A DNA stretch of 64,000 bases from Dehalococcoidia bacterium (lineage in GTDB: Bacteria > Chloroflexota > Dehalococcoidia > SM23-28-2 > RBG-16-64-32). Shown here in pieces: positions 33,529 through 43,240 of the stretch. The notes under the pieces were generated by a model, which was not told the origin of the DNA, ran no database searches, and saw only the letters and a program-made list of their open reading frames with translations. The position numbers and the translations under genes are program-made. Numbering within the stretch: position 1 is the stretch's first letter; the number at the start of each line of letters is the position of its first letter. The stretch spans positions 1,152,001-1,216,000 of the forward strand of contig CAXXTF010000002.1 of the NCBI GenBank assembly GCA_963665775.2, written 5' to 3'.

Positions 33529-35637
33529 CTAGTTGCTGATCGGCGGTTCGGGCAAGGCGTACTCCAGGACGACCTCGTCCGGGGAAGTTCCGAGCTGCAC
33601 GGTGAGAGGGAGTGAAATGTCCACATTCTCGACGAGGCAGATCGCCTCCGCCCCGCTCCGGCAGTAATACACCTGGCCCTGAGCCGTCAGGATAGCATCG
33701 CCGCTGCCGGTGGAGACCGGAACAAGAATCTCCACGAACGGATCATCCGTCATCCAACTGACGGTGTCGTTCCCCAAGGCAAGGGCGGGCGGATTGGAGC
33801 TGGTCAGCGTCAGCCCTGAAGGCGCCAGGCTGTTAAGGTGGAAATGATCGGGCGTCGTTAGCCGGATCCTCAAAGTCGATGTGCCAAGCGACACGGTCTG
33901 CCCGGGGAGGGACACCTTGAGGGTTCGCCCCTCCAGACCCTGAACTGCCGCCGCCAGGTTACTCAATTCAAGGGTAGAAACGGCGTTGGTTCGCAAGTCC
34001 ATCAGCCGAACCACATGGTTGTTGGTATCGGCGATGTAGAGGATCCCGTTCGCTGTGCTGAGACCGGAGGGCTCGCTCAACAGGGAGTCGCTTCCGGGCC
34101 CATCGTCGAACCCGGCTACCGTACCGCCAGCCACGACAAGCACCTCGCCGGTCCTCGGATCGACCGTGCGCAGCTTATGGTTATACGTATCCGCCACGTA
34201 GAGGGTGCCATTGGCGGAGATGATCCCCTGCGGGTGCTCCAGAAGCGCCCCCGTGCCCACGCCGTCTGCATCGCCGAAGTCGAAGAGCCCTGTACCTACG
34301 AGGGTCTCGACTTCACCGCTGCCGTCGATCGGCACCCGCCGTACGGAGCTGGACTCCGGGTCCACCCAGAATAAGCTGCTCCCGTCGATCGTAAGGCCGC
34401 TCGGTTGAGCCAGCGTCGCCCGCTCAGGCGGGCCATCCTGGATCCCCTCACGGCCATTCCCCACGAACACTGACAGCGTGCCCTGAGCTATGTCCATCGT
34501 CCAGATCTGGTGTGTGCCGGCCATCGCAATGTAGAGAGTACCCTCGTTCAGAACTAGCCCCCAGGGCGATGCGAGGTCCGTCTCCTCGCCCGGTGCGCCC
34601 GCCACGGGCCACGTCCGAGCCCTCAAGCCGGTGCCAGCGATGGTCGTGACCTCCTTGGTTATCAGGTCCGCCGCTCGGATGGCATGGTTGCGCGTGTCCG
34701 CGATGTACAGCGTGTTGCCGTCCGGCGAAAGCGCCAGCCCTTGTGGCTCGTAGAGCGTGGCCTCGTCGAAGAGGCCGTCCTCGAACCCCTGCTGGCCCGC
34801 ACCGATCACGTCCCGAAGCTCTCCGTCCAGACCGGCGATCAGCACACGGTTGTGCCCGGCGTCCGCTATGAACAGGCGGCTGCCCGCCTCGTCCGCCAGC
34901 ACCGCGGACGGGTAGGAGAGGAACGTCGAGGTGACGGCGTCGGCCTCCAGGTCTATCGCGAAGGGCGAGCGGTCGATCTCTCCCAGGGCGTCGAACTCGG
35001 CGACCAGCGCCGCGATGACCGGCTGGAACGCGGGGTAGACCCCCTCACCCGGGCGCGCCCCGACGACGTTTCCGGCGGGGTCTATCAGGACCAGCGTAGG
35101 CCAGGCGTTCACGCCGTACATGGACCAGATGATGAAATCGGGGTCGTTCACCACCGCGTGTCGGAGGCCGTAGCGAAGAATGGACTGCCGGACGCTCTCG
35201 TCTTCCTGCTCGCGATCGTACTTCCCGGAATGCACACCGATCACAACCAGTTCGTCTGCAAACTCCTCCTCTAGCCGCGTCAGGTCGGGGATGATCTGCT
35301 GACAGTTAATGCACCCCGAGGTCCAGAAGTCCAACAGGACCAGCTTGCCCTGCAGGTCGGCCAAAGACGGCGGCTCGCTGACGTTAAACCAGGTGTGGCC
35401 GCCCGGAAAATCCGGCGCAGACACAGTCCTCGCGGACGGCGTCGTCCCTGTGAAGGCTGGATCGTTCGGGCCCCTGCCTTCATCGCCCCCGCCGCCACCG
35501 CAGGCCACCGCAATTACGGCTGCCCCGGCGAGTACGGCGAGCCATACCGCTGGCCTAGCACACATCCGCTTCAACGTTCCCGCCACCAACCGGTGTCCCC
35601 GTGACCTGATCCTCTCTCCCAACGGCAGGCTCTCCAC
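33529..35637 (-). CDS. Thioredoxin-like + NHL-repeat lipoprotein (NHLRC2/SOQ1-like architecture)
   Basis: AVACGGG lipobox, LLDFWTSGCINC, NHL repeats (IADAGHNRV, IADTRNHAIR, VADTYNHKLR, IADTNNHVVR), YYC C-terminal domain; start uncertain. Confidence 0.85.
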   Translation of the reverse strand: MESLPLGERIRSRGHRLVAGTLKRMCARPAVWLAVLAGAAVIAVACGGGGGDEGRGPNDPAFTGTTPSARTVSAPDFPGGHTWFNVSEPPSLADLQGKLVLLDFWTSGCINCQQIIPDLTRLEEEFADELVVIGVHSGKYDREQEDESVRQSILRYGLRHAVVNDPDFIIWSMYGVNAWPTLVLIDPAGNVVGARPGEGVYPAFQPVIAALVAEFDALGEIDRSPFAIDLEADAVTSTFLSYPSAVLADEAGSRLFIADAGHNRVLIAGLDGELRDVIGAGQQGFEDGLFDEATLYEPQGLALSPDGNTLYIADTRNHAIRAADLITKEVTTIAGTGLRARTWPVAGAPGEETDLASPWGLVLNEGTLYIAMAGTHQIWTMDIAQGTLSVFVGNGREGIQDGPPERATLAQPSGLTIDGSSLFWVDPESSSVRRVPIDGSGEVETLVGTGLFDFGDADGVGTGALLEHPQGIISANGTLYVADTYNHKLRTVDPRTGEVLVVAGGTVAGFDDGPGSDSLLSEPSGLSTANGILYIADTNNHVVRLMDLRTNAVSTLELSNLAAAVQGLEGRTLKVSLPGQTVSLGTSTLRIRLTTPDHFHLNSLAPSGLTLTSSNPPALALGNDTVSWMTDDPFVEILVPVSTGSGDAILTAQGQVYYCRSGAEAICLVENVDISLPLTVQLGTSPDEVVLEYALPEPPISN

Positions 35638-36016
35638 TTCTACTACGTCACCCGGTCTTTCTCCGCCAGAATCCGGTATCCACTAATCAGTACGATCTAT
35701 GAGCTCGTATGGAGCACACCGGGGGGAGTTTGATTTCAAGTTTGATCAGGCTGGACACGTGTCGAGGAGCCTAGCCGAGGAACGGACGTAGCCTGAGGGA
35801 GCGCATGACAGTCCTCCCATAGGGCCGGAGAAAGGGCCGGTATCCGGTGAGACTTCTGTATTATACGCCCGCCCCGGCGACCCATCTGGAGACGTCCGGC
35901 GCTACCCTCAACACCAAGGGGGTGGCCCAGGCCCTGGAATGGCCCGAGAGCCTGGGCCTGGTGGATGTCGAGCGTATGGAGCTGGTCCCGGTGGCGGCGG
36001 GCTAAACGGCGGACGT

Positions 36017-36787
36017 CTACTCACCCTTGAACTGGGGAGGGCGGCGTTCTTTGAAGGCCGCCAACCCCTCACGATAGTCCTTCGTGTAGGCCAGGGAGTT
36101 GAACAGGCGCTGCTCCTCCAGTAGACCCTCTTGCAGGGGCAACTCCTGCGCTCGCAACATGGCCTGCTTGGCGGCGCGCAGGGCCAGGGGTCCGCGCTGG
36201 CACAGGGTCTCCGCCCACCGGCGGGCCTCCGCCATCAGTTCGGCAGCTGGGACCACGGCGTTCACCAGCCCCACGGCCAGCGCCTCCTGGGCCGACAGCG
36301 GCTCACCGGTAAGAACGATGCGTGCGGCCACGACCCAGGGCAGCTGTCGCGGCAGGCGCTGAGTACCGCCCCAACCGGGGATAAGGCCTAGGGTCACTTC
36401 CGGCGCACCGAGGCTGGCCTTCTCCGCAGCCACACGCAGATCACAAGCCAGCACGATCTCCAGGCCACCACCCAGAGCGATGCCGTTGACGGCCGCGATG
36501 AGAGGCTTCGTCACGGTGTGACCCCGCATGATCGTGGACGGTTCCGGATAGGGGTTGCCGTCCGGGTCGTCCATGATGCGGGGGATGGTGTCGTGGAGAT
36601 CGGCCCCGGCGCAGAAGGCGCGCCCGGCACCCGTAATGATGCCGACCCAGGCCGCGTCCTCGTCCTCCAGGCGCGCCGTGGCCTCGGAGAAGGCCTGCCA
36701 GGTCTCCAGATCGATGGCGTTCAAGGCGCGGGGGCGGTTAAGGGTAATAGTCGCGATATGGCCATCGCGCTCGTAGTCTACCGCCAT
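36017..36787 (-). CDS. Enoyl-CoA hydratase/isomerase
   Basis: ITLNRPRALNA, AFCAGADL, GGGLE, PEVTLGLIPGWGGTQRL. Confidence 0.93.
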   Translation of the reverse strand: MAVDYERDGHIATITLNRPRALNAIDLETWQAFSEATARLEDEDAAWVGIITGAGRAFCAGADLHDTIPRIMDDPDGNPYPEPSTIMRGHTVTKPLIAAVNGIALGGGLEIVLACDLRVAAEKASLGAPEVTLGLIPGWGGTQRLPRQLPWVVAARIVLTGEPLSAQEALAVGLVNAVVPAAELMAEARRWAETLCQRGPLALRAAKQAMLRAQELPLQEGLLEEQRLFNSLAYTKDYREGLAAFKERRPPQFKGE

Positions 36788-36796
36788 GGCAAGCCC

Positions 36797-37651
36797 CTAT
36801 CCCCTATAGTCGAAGAAACCCTTGCCGGACTTGCGGCCCAGGTTGCCCTGGGAGACCATGTCGCGGAGCATCGTGGGTGCCTCAAGACTGGGCTCTCCAC
36901 ACCCTTCGTACATGGACTCGCCGACGTGGATGAGGGTGTCCAGGCCAATGAGATCGGCGGTAGCCAGGGGGCCCATGGCGTGGCCAAGACCGGACTTGCA
37001 GGCCTCATCGACGTGTTTAGCGGTAGCGGTGCTGCTCTCCACCATGCGGATCGCCTCGAAGATGAAGGGGACGAGCAGCCGGTTCACGATGAAGCCGGGC
37101 GTGTCCTTGACGCGGACGACAACGCGGTCGACGGAGTCAGAAAAGGCCGTCGCCACATCGATGGTGTCCTGCGAGGTACTTTCGGCGACGATGATCTCCA
37201 CCAGGCGGAGGACCGCCGGCGGGTTGAAGAAGTGGAGGCCGATAACCTTCTCCGCCCGGCCGGAAGCGGTGGCGAGAGCGCTGATAGATAGCGATGACGT
37301 GTTGCTGGCCAGGATCGCCTCCGCCTTGCAGACGCCGCCAAGTGCCGCGAACAGATCCTGCTTTGTGGCGAGATCCTCGAAGGCGGCCTCGATGACCAGG
37401 TCGCACTCGGACAGGTCCTGGACAACAACGGTGCCTTTGAGCCCATTAATCGCAGCCTCATAGCGCTCCTGGGCAAGGCCGCCGCGCTTGGACTCGCGGG
37501 CCATCCGTCTTCTGATGGCGGCGAGGCCCTTGTCCAGTCGCTGCTGGTCCACGTCCAACACCCTGACCTCGTAACCATGGGAGGCACAGAGTTCGGCGAT
37601 GCCAGCGCCCATAACCCCACAGCCCACGACGCCGACAAGCTTGACGGTTAT
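36797..37651 (-). CDS. 3-hydroxyacyl(butyryl)-CoA dehydrogenase (probable ATA start)
   Basis: VGVVGCGVMGAGIA Rossmann fold, VIEAAFE, LASNTSSL, GLHFFNP, PGFIVNRLL, LGRKSGKGFFDY. Confidence 0.92.
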   Translation of the reverse strand: MTVKLVGVVGCGVMGAGIAELCASHGYEVRVLDVDQQRLDKGLAAIRRRMARESKRGGLAQERYEAAINGLKGTVVVQDLSECDLVIEAAFEDLATKQDLFAALGGVCKAEAILASNTSSLSISALATASGRAEKVIGLHFFNPPAVLRLVEIIVAESTSQDTIDVATAFSDSVDRVVVRVKDTPGFIVNRLLVPFIFEAIRMVESSTATAKHVDEACKSGLGHAMGPLATADLIGLDTLIHVGESMYEGCGEPSLEAPTMLRDMVSQGNLGRKSGKGFFDYRG

Positions 37652-37798
37652 CGCTGTCCCTCCGTCCCTCTGGAGGCCGAGGCAGCCGACGCTTCAGCCG
37701 CAGCGGACATCGGGCTTCCTGCAGTATCGAGGTGCCGCTCAAGCCCCCAACCCAGCCCGGCCAGCGCGAAGTCCGGGCCGACATCGCGGCGCTGTCTC

Positions 37799-39109
37799 TT
37801 ACGCCGCATGCTCGCGGCTCGCATTTCGCTTCTCGATAGGCAGGAAGCTGCGCCGCTGCGGCCCCACGTATATCTGGCGCGGCCGGGAGATCTTCTGCTC
37901 TGGATCCTGGATCATCTCCCGCCACTGGGCCAACCAGCCGACCGTCCGCGGGATGGCGAACAGCACCGGAAACATCTTCACCGGGAAGCCCATGGCCTGG
38001 TAGATGATTCCCGAGTAGAAATCCACGTTCGGATAGAGCTTGCGTTCGATGAAGTAATCGTCTTCCAAAGCGATGCGCTCCAGCTCCAGCGCGATATCGA
38101 GCAACGGGTTCGGTCCCGTTACCGCAAACACATCCTCGGCCGTCCGCTTGATAATTTTCGCGCGGGGATCGTAGCTCTTGTACACCCGGTGCCCGAAGCC
38201 CATGAGTAGCCCCTCACCCGCCTTTACCTGCTTGATGAATGCCGGCACCCGCTTCTTGTCACCGATCTCCACCAGCATGCGGATCACCGCTTCGTTGGCG
38301 CCGCCGTGCAAGGGCCCGTACAGGGCCGCCGCAGCCGCCGCAGTGGCCGAGAAGGGGTCGCCCCGAGAGCTCCCGACCGCGCGCATAGCGCTGGTACTAC
38401 AGTTCTGCTCGTGGTCGGCGTGCAGGATAAACATGATGTCGATGGCCCGCTCCAGCACCGGCTCCGGCTTATACCTGGGCTCCGTCATCTTCCACAGCAT
38501 GGACAGGAAATTCCCGGCGTAGCTCAAGTCGTTATCGGGATAGATGTAGGGAAGCCCCATGCTGTGCCGGTAGGCAAAGGCGGCGATGGTCGGCATCTTG
38601 GCAATGAGCCGCCATGTCTGTATCTCTCGCGACTGGGCGTCATCCACGTCCTTGGCTTCCGGATAGAAGGTAGAGAGAGCCGCCACCGTCCCAATCAGCA
38701 TCCCCATGGGGTGTGCGTCGTACTGGAAGCCTTCCATCAGCTTCTTGACGCTCTCATGTACGAACGTGTGGTGGGTGATGTTCCGAGTCCACTCCTTGAG
38801 CTGCGCCCGATTGGGCAGCTCGCCGTAGCTGATCAGGTAGGCCGTCTCCAGAAACGTGCTCCGCTTCGCCAACTCCTCGATAGGATAGCCGCCGTACTCG
38901 AGAATGCCGCGCTCGCCATCGACGTAGGAGATGGCGCTGCGACAGGACACGGTGTTTGTGAACGCGGGATCGTACACCATCAGCCCAAAGTCATCATTGG
39001 CCACCTTGATTTTACGGAAATCCGGGCCGGGAACAGTGCCGTCGGTGATCGCCACTTCGTAGACCCGACCCGTGCGGTTGTCCGTGATCGTCAACGTGTC
39101 GTTGCCCAT
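37799..39109 (-). CDS. gltA: Citrate synthase
   Basis: HADHEQNCST, GPLHGGANE, GFGHRVYKSYDPRA, YPNVDFYSG. Confidence 0.95.
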   Translation of the reverse strand: MGNDTLTITDNRTGRVYEVAITDGTVPGPDFRKIKVANDDFGLMVYDPAFTNTVSCRSAISYVDGERGILEYGGYPIEELAKRSTFLETAYLISYGELPNRAQLKEWTRNITHHTFVHESVKKLMEGFQYDAHPMGMLIGTVAALSTFYPEAKDVDDAQSREIQTWRLIAKMPTIAAFAYRHSMGLPYIYPDNDLSYAGNFLSMLWKMTEPRYKPEPVLERAIDIMFILHADHEQNCSTSAMRAVGSSRGDPFSATAAAAAALYGPLHGGANEAVIRMLVEIGDKKRVPAFIKQVKAGEGLLMGFGHRVYKSYDPRAKIIKRTAEDVFAVTGPNPLLDIALELERIALEDDYFIERKLYPNVDFYSGIIYQAMGFPVKMFPVLFAIPRTVGWLAQWREMIQDPEQKISRPRQIYVGPQRRSFLPIEKRNASREHAA

Positions 39110-39469
39110 GGCGCAGCTCCTTCACATATCCGGCCCAAAGTCTTGCGGCCCGCTCTATTGTACACATACGTACGGGGCCTGTCGCGGACCTACCCCGCCG
39201 GTCGCCGAATTCCGACCATGGCACAGCGCCCACCGATCATCCCATCCATCATCGTCACCGGTTGTATGCGGGTAGGGCCTCTCGAAGCAGACAGCCAGGA
39301 GCCGACAGATGACGACCGCGAACCGCCGGCCCGCGCGACATCTTGGTTCATGGCATGCCTGCCGGCCGGCCGCGAGAGGCCCTGGCGGGCAGCCATCCTG
39401 TCCGACTAGATTAGATAGATATAAGTAAGGGCAGTGGCAGGGCCCCAGTCTTACTTTGGACAGACGCCC

Positions 39470-41809
39470 TTAGCCCTCCACCCAATTCACCACGTTGTTG
39501 GCCTTCAGGTCGTCGATATCGTCCGCGCTGTATCCCAGATCCTCAAGAATAGGTCTGGTGTGGGTCCCCAGGGGCTCAAGGACGCCGATCTTGCCGGGGG
39601 TGCTGAGTAGGTTGACACTCGCGCCAGACTGTAAGACCCCGCCTACCCCGGGATAGCTAAAAGCGGTCGTTCGCTGGGCGCTTTCCCCGTCCCAGTCATC
39701 GAAGAGGAAATCGGCCCACCTCCCGCTGGCCAATGCACAGGCGACATCCTTCGCCTGAAGCAGCGCCTCCCACTCCTGGGCATCCCGTTCCTGAAACAGG
39801 GGCTCCAGGAGTGCGACGATCGCCTTGCCGTTGGTCTGCCGTGCCTCTTTAGTGCTGAATCTGGGATCGTCCCGCCATGCGGGCTGGCCTACCGCATCAC
39901 AGAAGGCCGACCACTCGCCGTCCCCAGTGACGGCGAGGAACACCCATCCCTGTTTGGCCTGGTACAGCCGGTAGAGGGCTCCCAGGCCGTACTGCCCCTT
40001 GTCCGGGACCGGCCGATCGGGCTTCCCCTCGTAGCGCACGAAGTCATCCGAAAAGAGATAGGCAGCGCTGACCAGCATCGTGGTCTCCAGATTCTGGCCC
40101 TCGCCGGTCAAGTCGCGCGCCCTCAATCCCAGGAGCATCGCGATGCCCACACCCAGGAGGGCGCTGTGATCGGTGGTCTGCCTTTGTTGAGGCGGATTCC
40201 CCTCGCCTGCCTGAAGCACCTCGCCGCCTGCCATAGCCGATACTACAGGGTCGAACGCCGGCCTATGGGCGTCGGTGCCGCTGGAGCCAAAAGACGCCGC
40301 ATACAGGTAGACCAAGCGCGGGTTGACCTTCCTCAGGGTCTCGTAGTCGAGCGCCAGCCTCTCCGGTACGCCCGGCCGGAAGTTGTGGACCAGAACGTCG
40401 GCCTCAGCGACGATCTGGTGCAGGATCTTGGTGCCCTCCGGCTTCTTCAAGTCGATGGAAATCCGCTGTTTACCGCGGGTGACCCGGAAGAAGAGCTCCC
40501 CCGGAGTAGCCATAGGGTCGCCCTCCAAGGGCTCTATCTTGATGACCTTGGCTCCCAGATCGGCCAGGATTCCGGGGCCTCCAGGCGCGGCGGCCCACAT
40601 AGACAGGTCTACGATAGTCACCCCCTCCAGGGCTCCTACTGGGAGAGGAAGCGACTGGGATGGGGGCGTCCGTCCGGACGCGCTTTTCAGCGTCGCCAGC
40701 ACCTCCTCGGTGTGTTCCCCCAGCCTCGGCGCCGGGGCGCGAAGCTGCCACTGTTCGCCGATAAATGTCGCGATGGGCCCGATCTGCTTCATCCTGCCGA
40801 CCGTGGGATCGTCCACCTCGATGACGTTGCCGTTGTGAACGATCTGGGGGTAATCCATGAACTCCTGCGTCGTCAGGAAGACCCCGTAGGCGGCGTCCTG
40901 CTCATCGAAAATCCTGACCCACTCCGCTAGAGGCTTGGTCTTGTAGGCAGCATCTATCTGGGAGATGAGATAGTCCCTATCCTCAGGGTCAAATCGTGTC
41001 CCTTTTCCCTTGAATCGGGGATCGGTGAAATACTCATCGATACCCATAGCCCGCATCATGTTGGTAAACACGCCGGCGCCCGCGTTCCCGGACTGGATCC
41101 ATTTTCCGTCCGCGCATTGGGCGATCCGGTACCCTGTGCTGCGGTTCTGCGGGTCTCTGGCCTGAATGCTAATCGAGCTGTTCATCTCCGGCTTCTCAAA
41201 GCGGATGCCGCCGTATGAATAGACGTAGTTGGCCTGGGCCATAGTGGACTCCACCCTCTGGCCCGCTCCGGTCTTCTCCTTAGCGTGGACGGCGGCCATA
41301 ACGCCGATGAGCCCCAGGATGGCCGATCCATAGCTACACTTGAACACGGCATCGTAGATCGGACCATCCTCACGGTAGCCGTTCTGGATGACGTGTTGAC
41401 CGCATTTGGCCGATACGATGCCCTCGTAGCCCTTATAGTTGCGGTACTTGCCTGACTGCCCGAAGGCTGAGATCGAGAGGTAGACCAGCCCAGGGTTACC
41501 CTTAGTCAGCTCCTCGTAGCCGATACCGAGTCGTTCCGCCACGCCGGGCCGATAGTTCTCTATCAGCACGTCGCTCTCTCTGGCCAGGGCCTGTGCGGCC
41601 TTGCGGCCATCCTCGCTCTTCAGGTCCAGAACAACGCCCTTCTTCCCCCGGTTCCATTGAAGGAAAGCGGGCACATGGCGGAAGGCCTCCCCAGCGGGGG
41701 GCTCCACTTTTACGACCTCGGCCCCGAAGTCGGCCAGGATCATGCCGGGGATGGCTCCGTACCCCTGGGAAAAATCCAGAACCTTCAGGCCCGCACAGGC
41801 TGTAGCCAT
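39470..41809 (-). CDS. Family III (CaiB/BaiF) CoA-transferase, two fused domains
   Basis: Two LADxGAxVxKxEP motifs, NRGKK, ENYRPG/HNFRPG; Asp in C-domain (QTTDHS). Confidence 0.9.
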   Translation of the reverse strand: MATACAGLKVLDFSQGYGAIPGMILADFGAEVVKVEPPAGEAFRHVPAFLQWNRGKKGVVLDLKSEDGRKAAQALARESDVLIENYRPGVAERLGIGYEELTKGNPGLVYLSISAFGQSGKYRNYKGYEGIVSAKCGQHVIQNGYREDGPIYDAVFKCSYGSAILGLIGVMAAVHAKEKTGAGQRVESTMAQANYVYSYGGIRFEKPEMNSSISIQARDPQNRSTGYRIAQCADGKWIQSGNAGAGVFTNMMRAMGIDEYFTDPRFKGKGTRFDPEDRDYLISQIDAAYKTKPLAEWVRIFDEQDAAYGVFLTTQEFMDYPQIVHNGNVIEVDDPTVGRMKQIGPIATFIGEQWQLRAPAPRLGEHTEEVLATLKSASGRTPPSQSLPLPVGALEGVTIVDLSMWAAAPGGPGILADLGAKVIKIEPLEGDPMATPGELFFRVTRGKQRISIDLKKPEGTKILHQIVAEADVLVHNFRPGVPERLALDYETLRKVNPRLVYLYAASFGSSGTDAHRPAFDPVVSAMAGGEVLQAGEGNPPQQRQTTDHSALLGVGIAMLLGLRARDLTGEGQNLETTMLVSAAYLFSDDFVRYEGKPDRPVPDKGQYGLGALYRLYQAKQGWVFLAVTGDGEWSAFCDAVGQPAWRDDPRFSTKEARQTNGKAIVALLEPLFQERDAQEWEALLQAKDVACALASGRWADFLFDDWDGESAQRTTAFSYPGVGGVLQSGASVNLLSTPGKIGVLEPLGTHTRPILEDLGYSADDIDDLKANNVVNWVEG

Positions 41810-41920
41810 CGCTTCACCCCTTTATGTTATGAACAGCGCGGTTGCCGCCACCGTCCGGCCGCGAACCGCGCCCGCGCACAGGCCGGACGCCGGCTCGCGA
41901 CTCGGCACGATGATCCGCCT

Positions 41921-43123
41921 CTACTCGACAGTTCCGCGCCCTCTGAGCTCCGCGATCTTCTCCTTGGAATAGCCGATTTCGTCCAGAACCTCATCGGTAT
42001 GCTCGCCCCTGGCTGGCGTCGGACGGTTCACGACGAAGGGGTCGCCCTGCACCTTGATGGCGCTGGCCAATGTCTTGAGCGTTCCCACTCCCGGCTGCTC
42101 CTGTTCCACGATCATCTCTCTGGCGGTGTACAGCTCGGTATTCGCCACGTCTGTCAGCGGCTGGTAAGGCGCGCCGGCGATGTTGTGCTCTATGAAGAGC
42201 TTGGTCCACTCTTTCTGCGTCTTCGTGGCGAACAGGTTGATCAGCTCCTGCCTCAGCTCCATGTCGCCGCCAGCTGAATCCATGCGGCTCACGCTCCAGT
42301 CGCCTCGAGTGGCCAAGTCCGGCCGATCCACGACCTCGCAGAAGTGCACCCAGAAGTGCTGCTCGATGGCCTGGATAAGCATGAAGCGGTCATCCTTGGT
42401 CTTGTAGTAGCAGTATTTTACGGCCAGTTCCTCGGAATCGTCAGGGTTTGTCCACCCCTCTGCCTCACCGTTGAGGGTGCCCAGTATCTCTTGACCGAGC
42501 GCCATGAGGGTGGCGTCGGCGCAGGAGATGTCCAGATAGGCGCCTTTCCCGGTGCGCTCCTTCTGCAGCAGGGCGGCACAGATGGCCATGGCGGACAGCC
42601 ACGATCCGTAGGTGAGGCCGTGGGGGTAGGGCCTGAATTGGACGTAGCTTCCGTCCTTCACCTGGTAGGGGACCGCCAGACCGGCGACCGCATCATAGGC
42701 GCCGCCATGAGTGGCCAGCGAGGCGAAGGGGCCCGTCTGTCCAAAGCCGGTGATGGAGCAGTAGACGATGTTGGGGTTGATAGCGCGTAGGTGCTCGTAG
42801 CCCAGACCCAGCTTGGCGGAGGCACCCGGGCGGGACCCTTCCAAGGCCACATCGCAGGTCTTGGCCAGGTCGTAAATAACCTTTTGCCCCTCGCTCGACT
42901 TGAAATTGACGACGATATCGCGCTTGTTGCGGTTGAGCCAGAGGAATAGCGGCATCGAGCCGCCCCACTTCTCGGGTTCCCGGCCGATCCGCAGGTAGTC
43001 GCCCACCGACTGCTCCTCGAGTTTGATAACGTCCGCCCCCATATCGCCCAGGAGCATCGCTACGTAGGGGCCCGGGATGAGGCGGGACATGTCCAGAACC
43101 TTGATCCCATCCAGCAGCTTCAT
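41921..43123 (-). CDS. Family III CoA-transferase/AMACR-like protein, single domain
   Basis: LLDGIKVLDMSRLIPGPY, LNRNKR, EGSRPG, YCSITGFGQTGP, GEHTDEVL. Confidence 0.9.
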   Translation of the reverse strand: MKLLDGIKVLDMSRLIPGPYVAMLLGDMGADVIKLEEQSVGDYLRIGREPEKWGGSMPLFLWLNRNKRDIVVNFKSSEGQKVIYDLAKTCDVALEGSRPGASAKLGLGYEHLRAINPNIVYCSITGFGQTGPFASLATHGGAYDAVAGLAVPYQVKDGSYVQFRPYPHGLTYGSWLSAMAICAALLQKERTGKGAYLDISCADATLMALGQEILGTLNGEAEGWTNPDDSEELAVKYCYYKTKDDRFMLIQAIEQHFWVHFCEVVDRPDLATRGDWSVSRMDSAGGDMELRQELINLFATKTQKEWTKLFIEHNIAGAPYQPLTDVANTELYTAREMIVEQEQPGVGTLKTLASAIKVQGDPFVVNRPTPARGEHTDEVLDEIGYSKEKIAELRGRGTVE

Positions 43124-43240
43124 GATGACCTCCTTCTGTATGTCTACGCTTACCGGTCAAGACTTGCGGGCAGCCGTGGCGGCGCTGCCACCCGATAGAT
43201 AACGGGCGCACGTTGCGGCACCACCGACGAGCGCTCCCCC

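Noticed and set aside
35661-35669. CTCCGCCAG match to the tRNA-Ser 3' end as attR
   Set aside because: Only 9 bp; equal or longer matches occur inside genes (~46930, ~61281), so it is consistent with chance in GC-rich DNA
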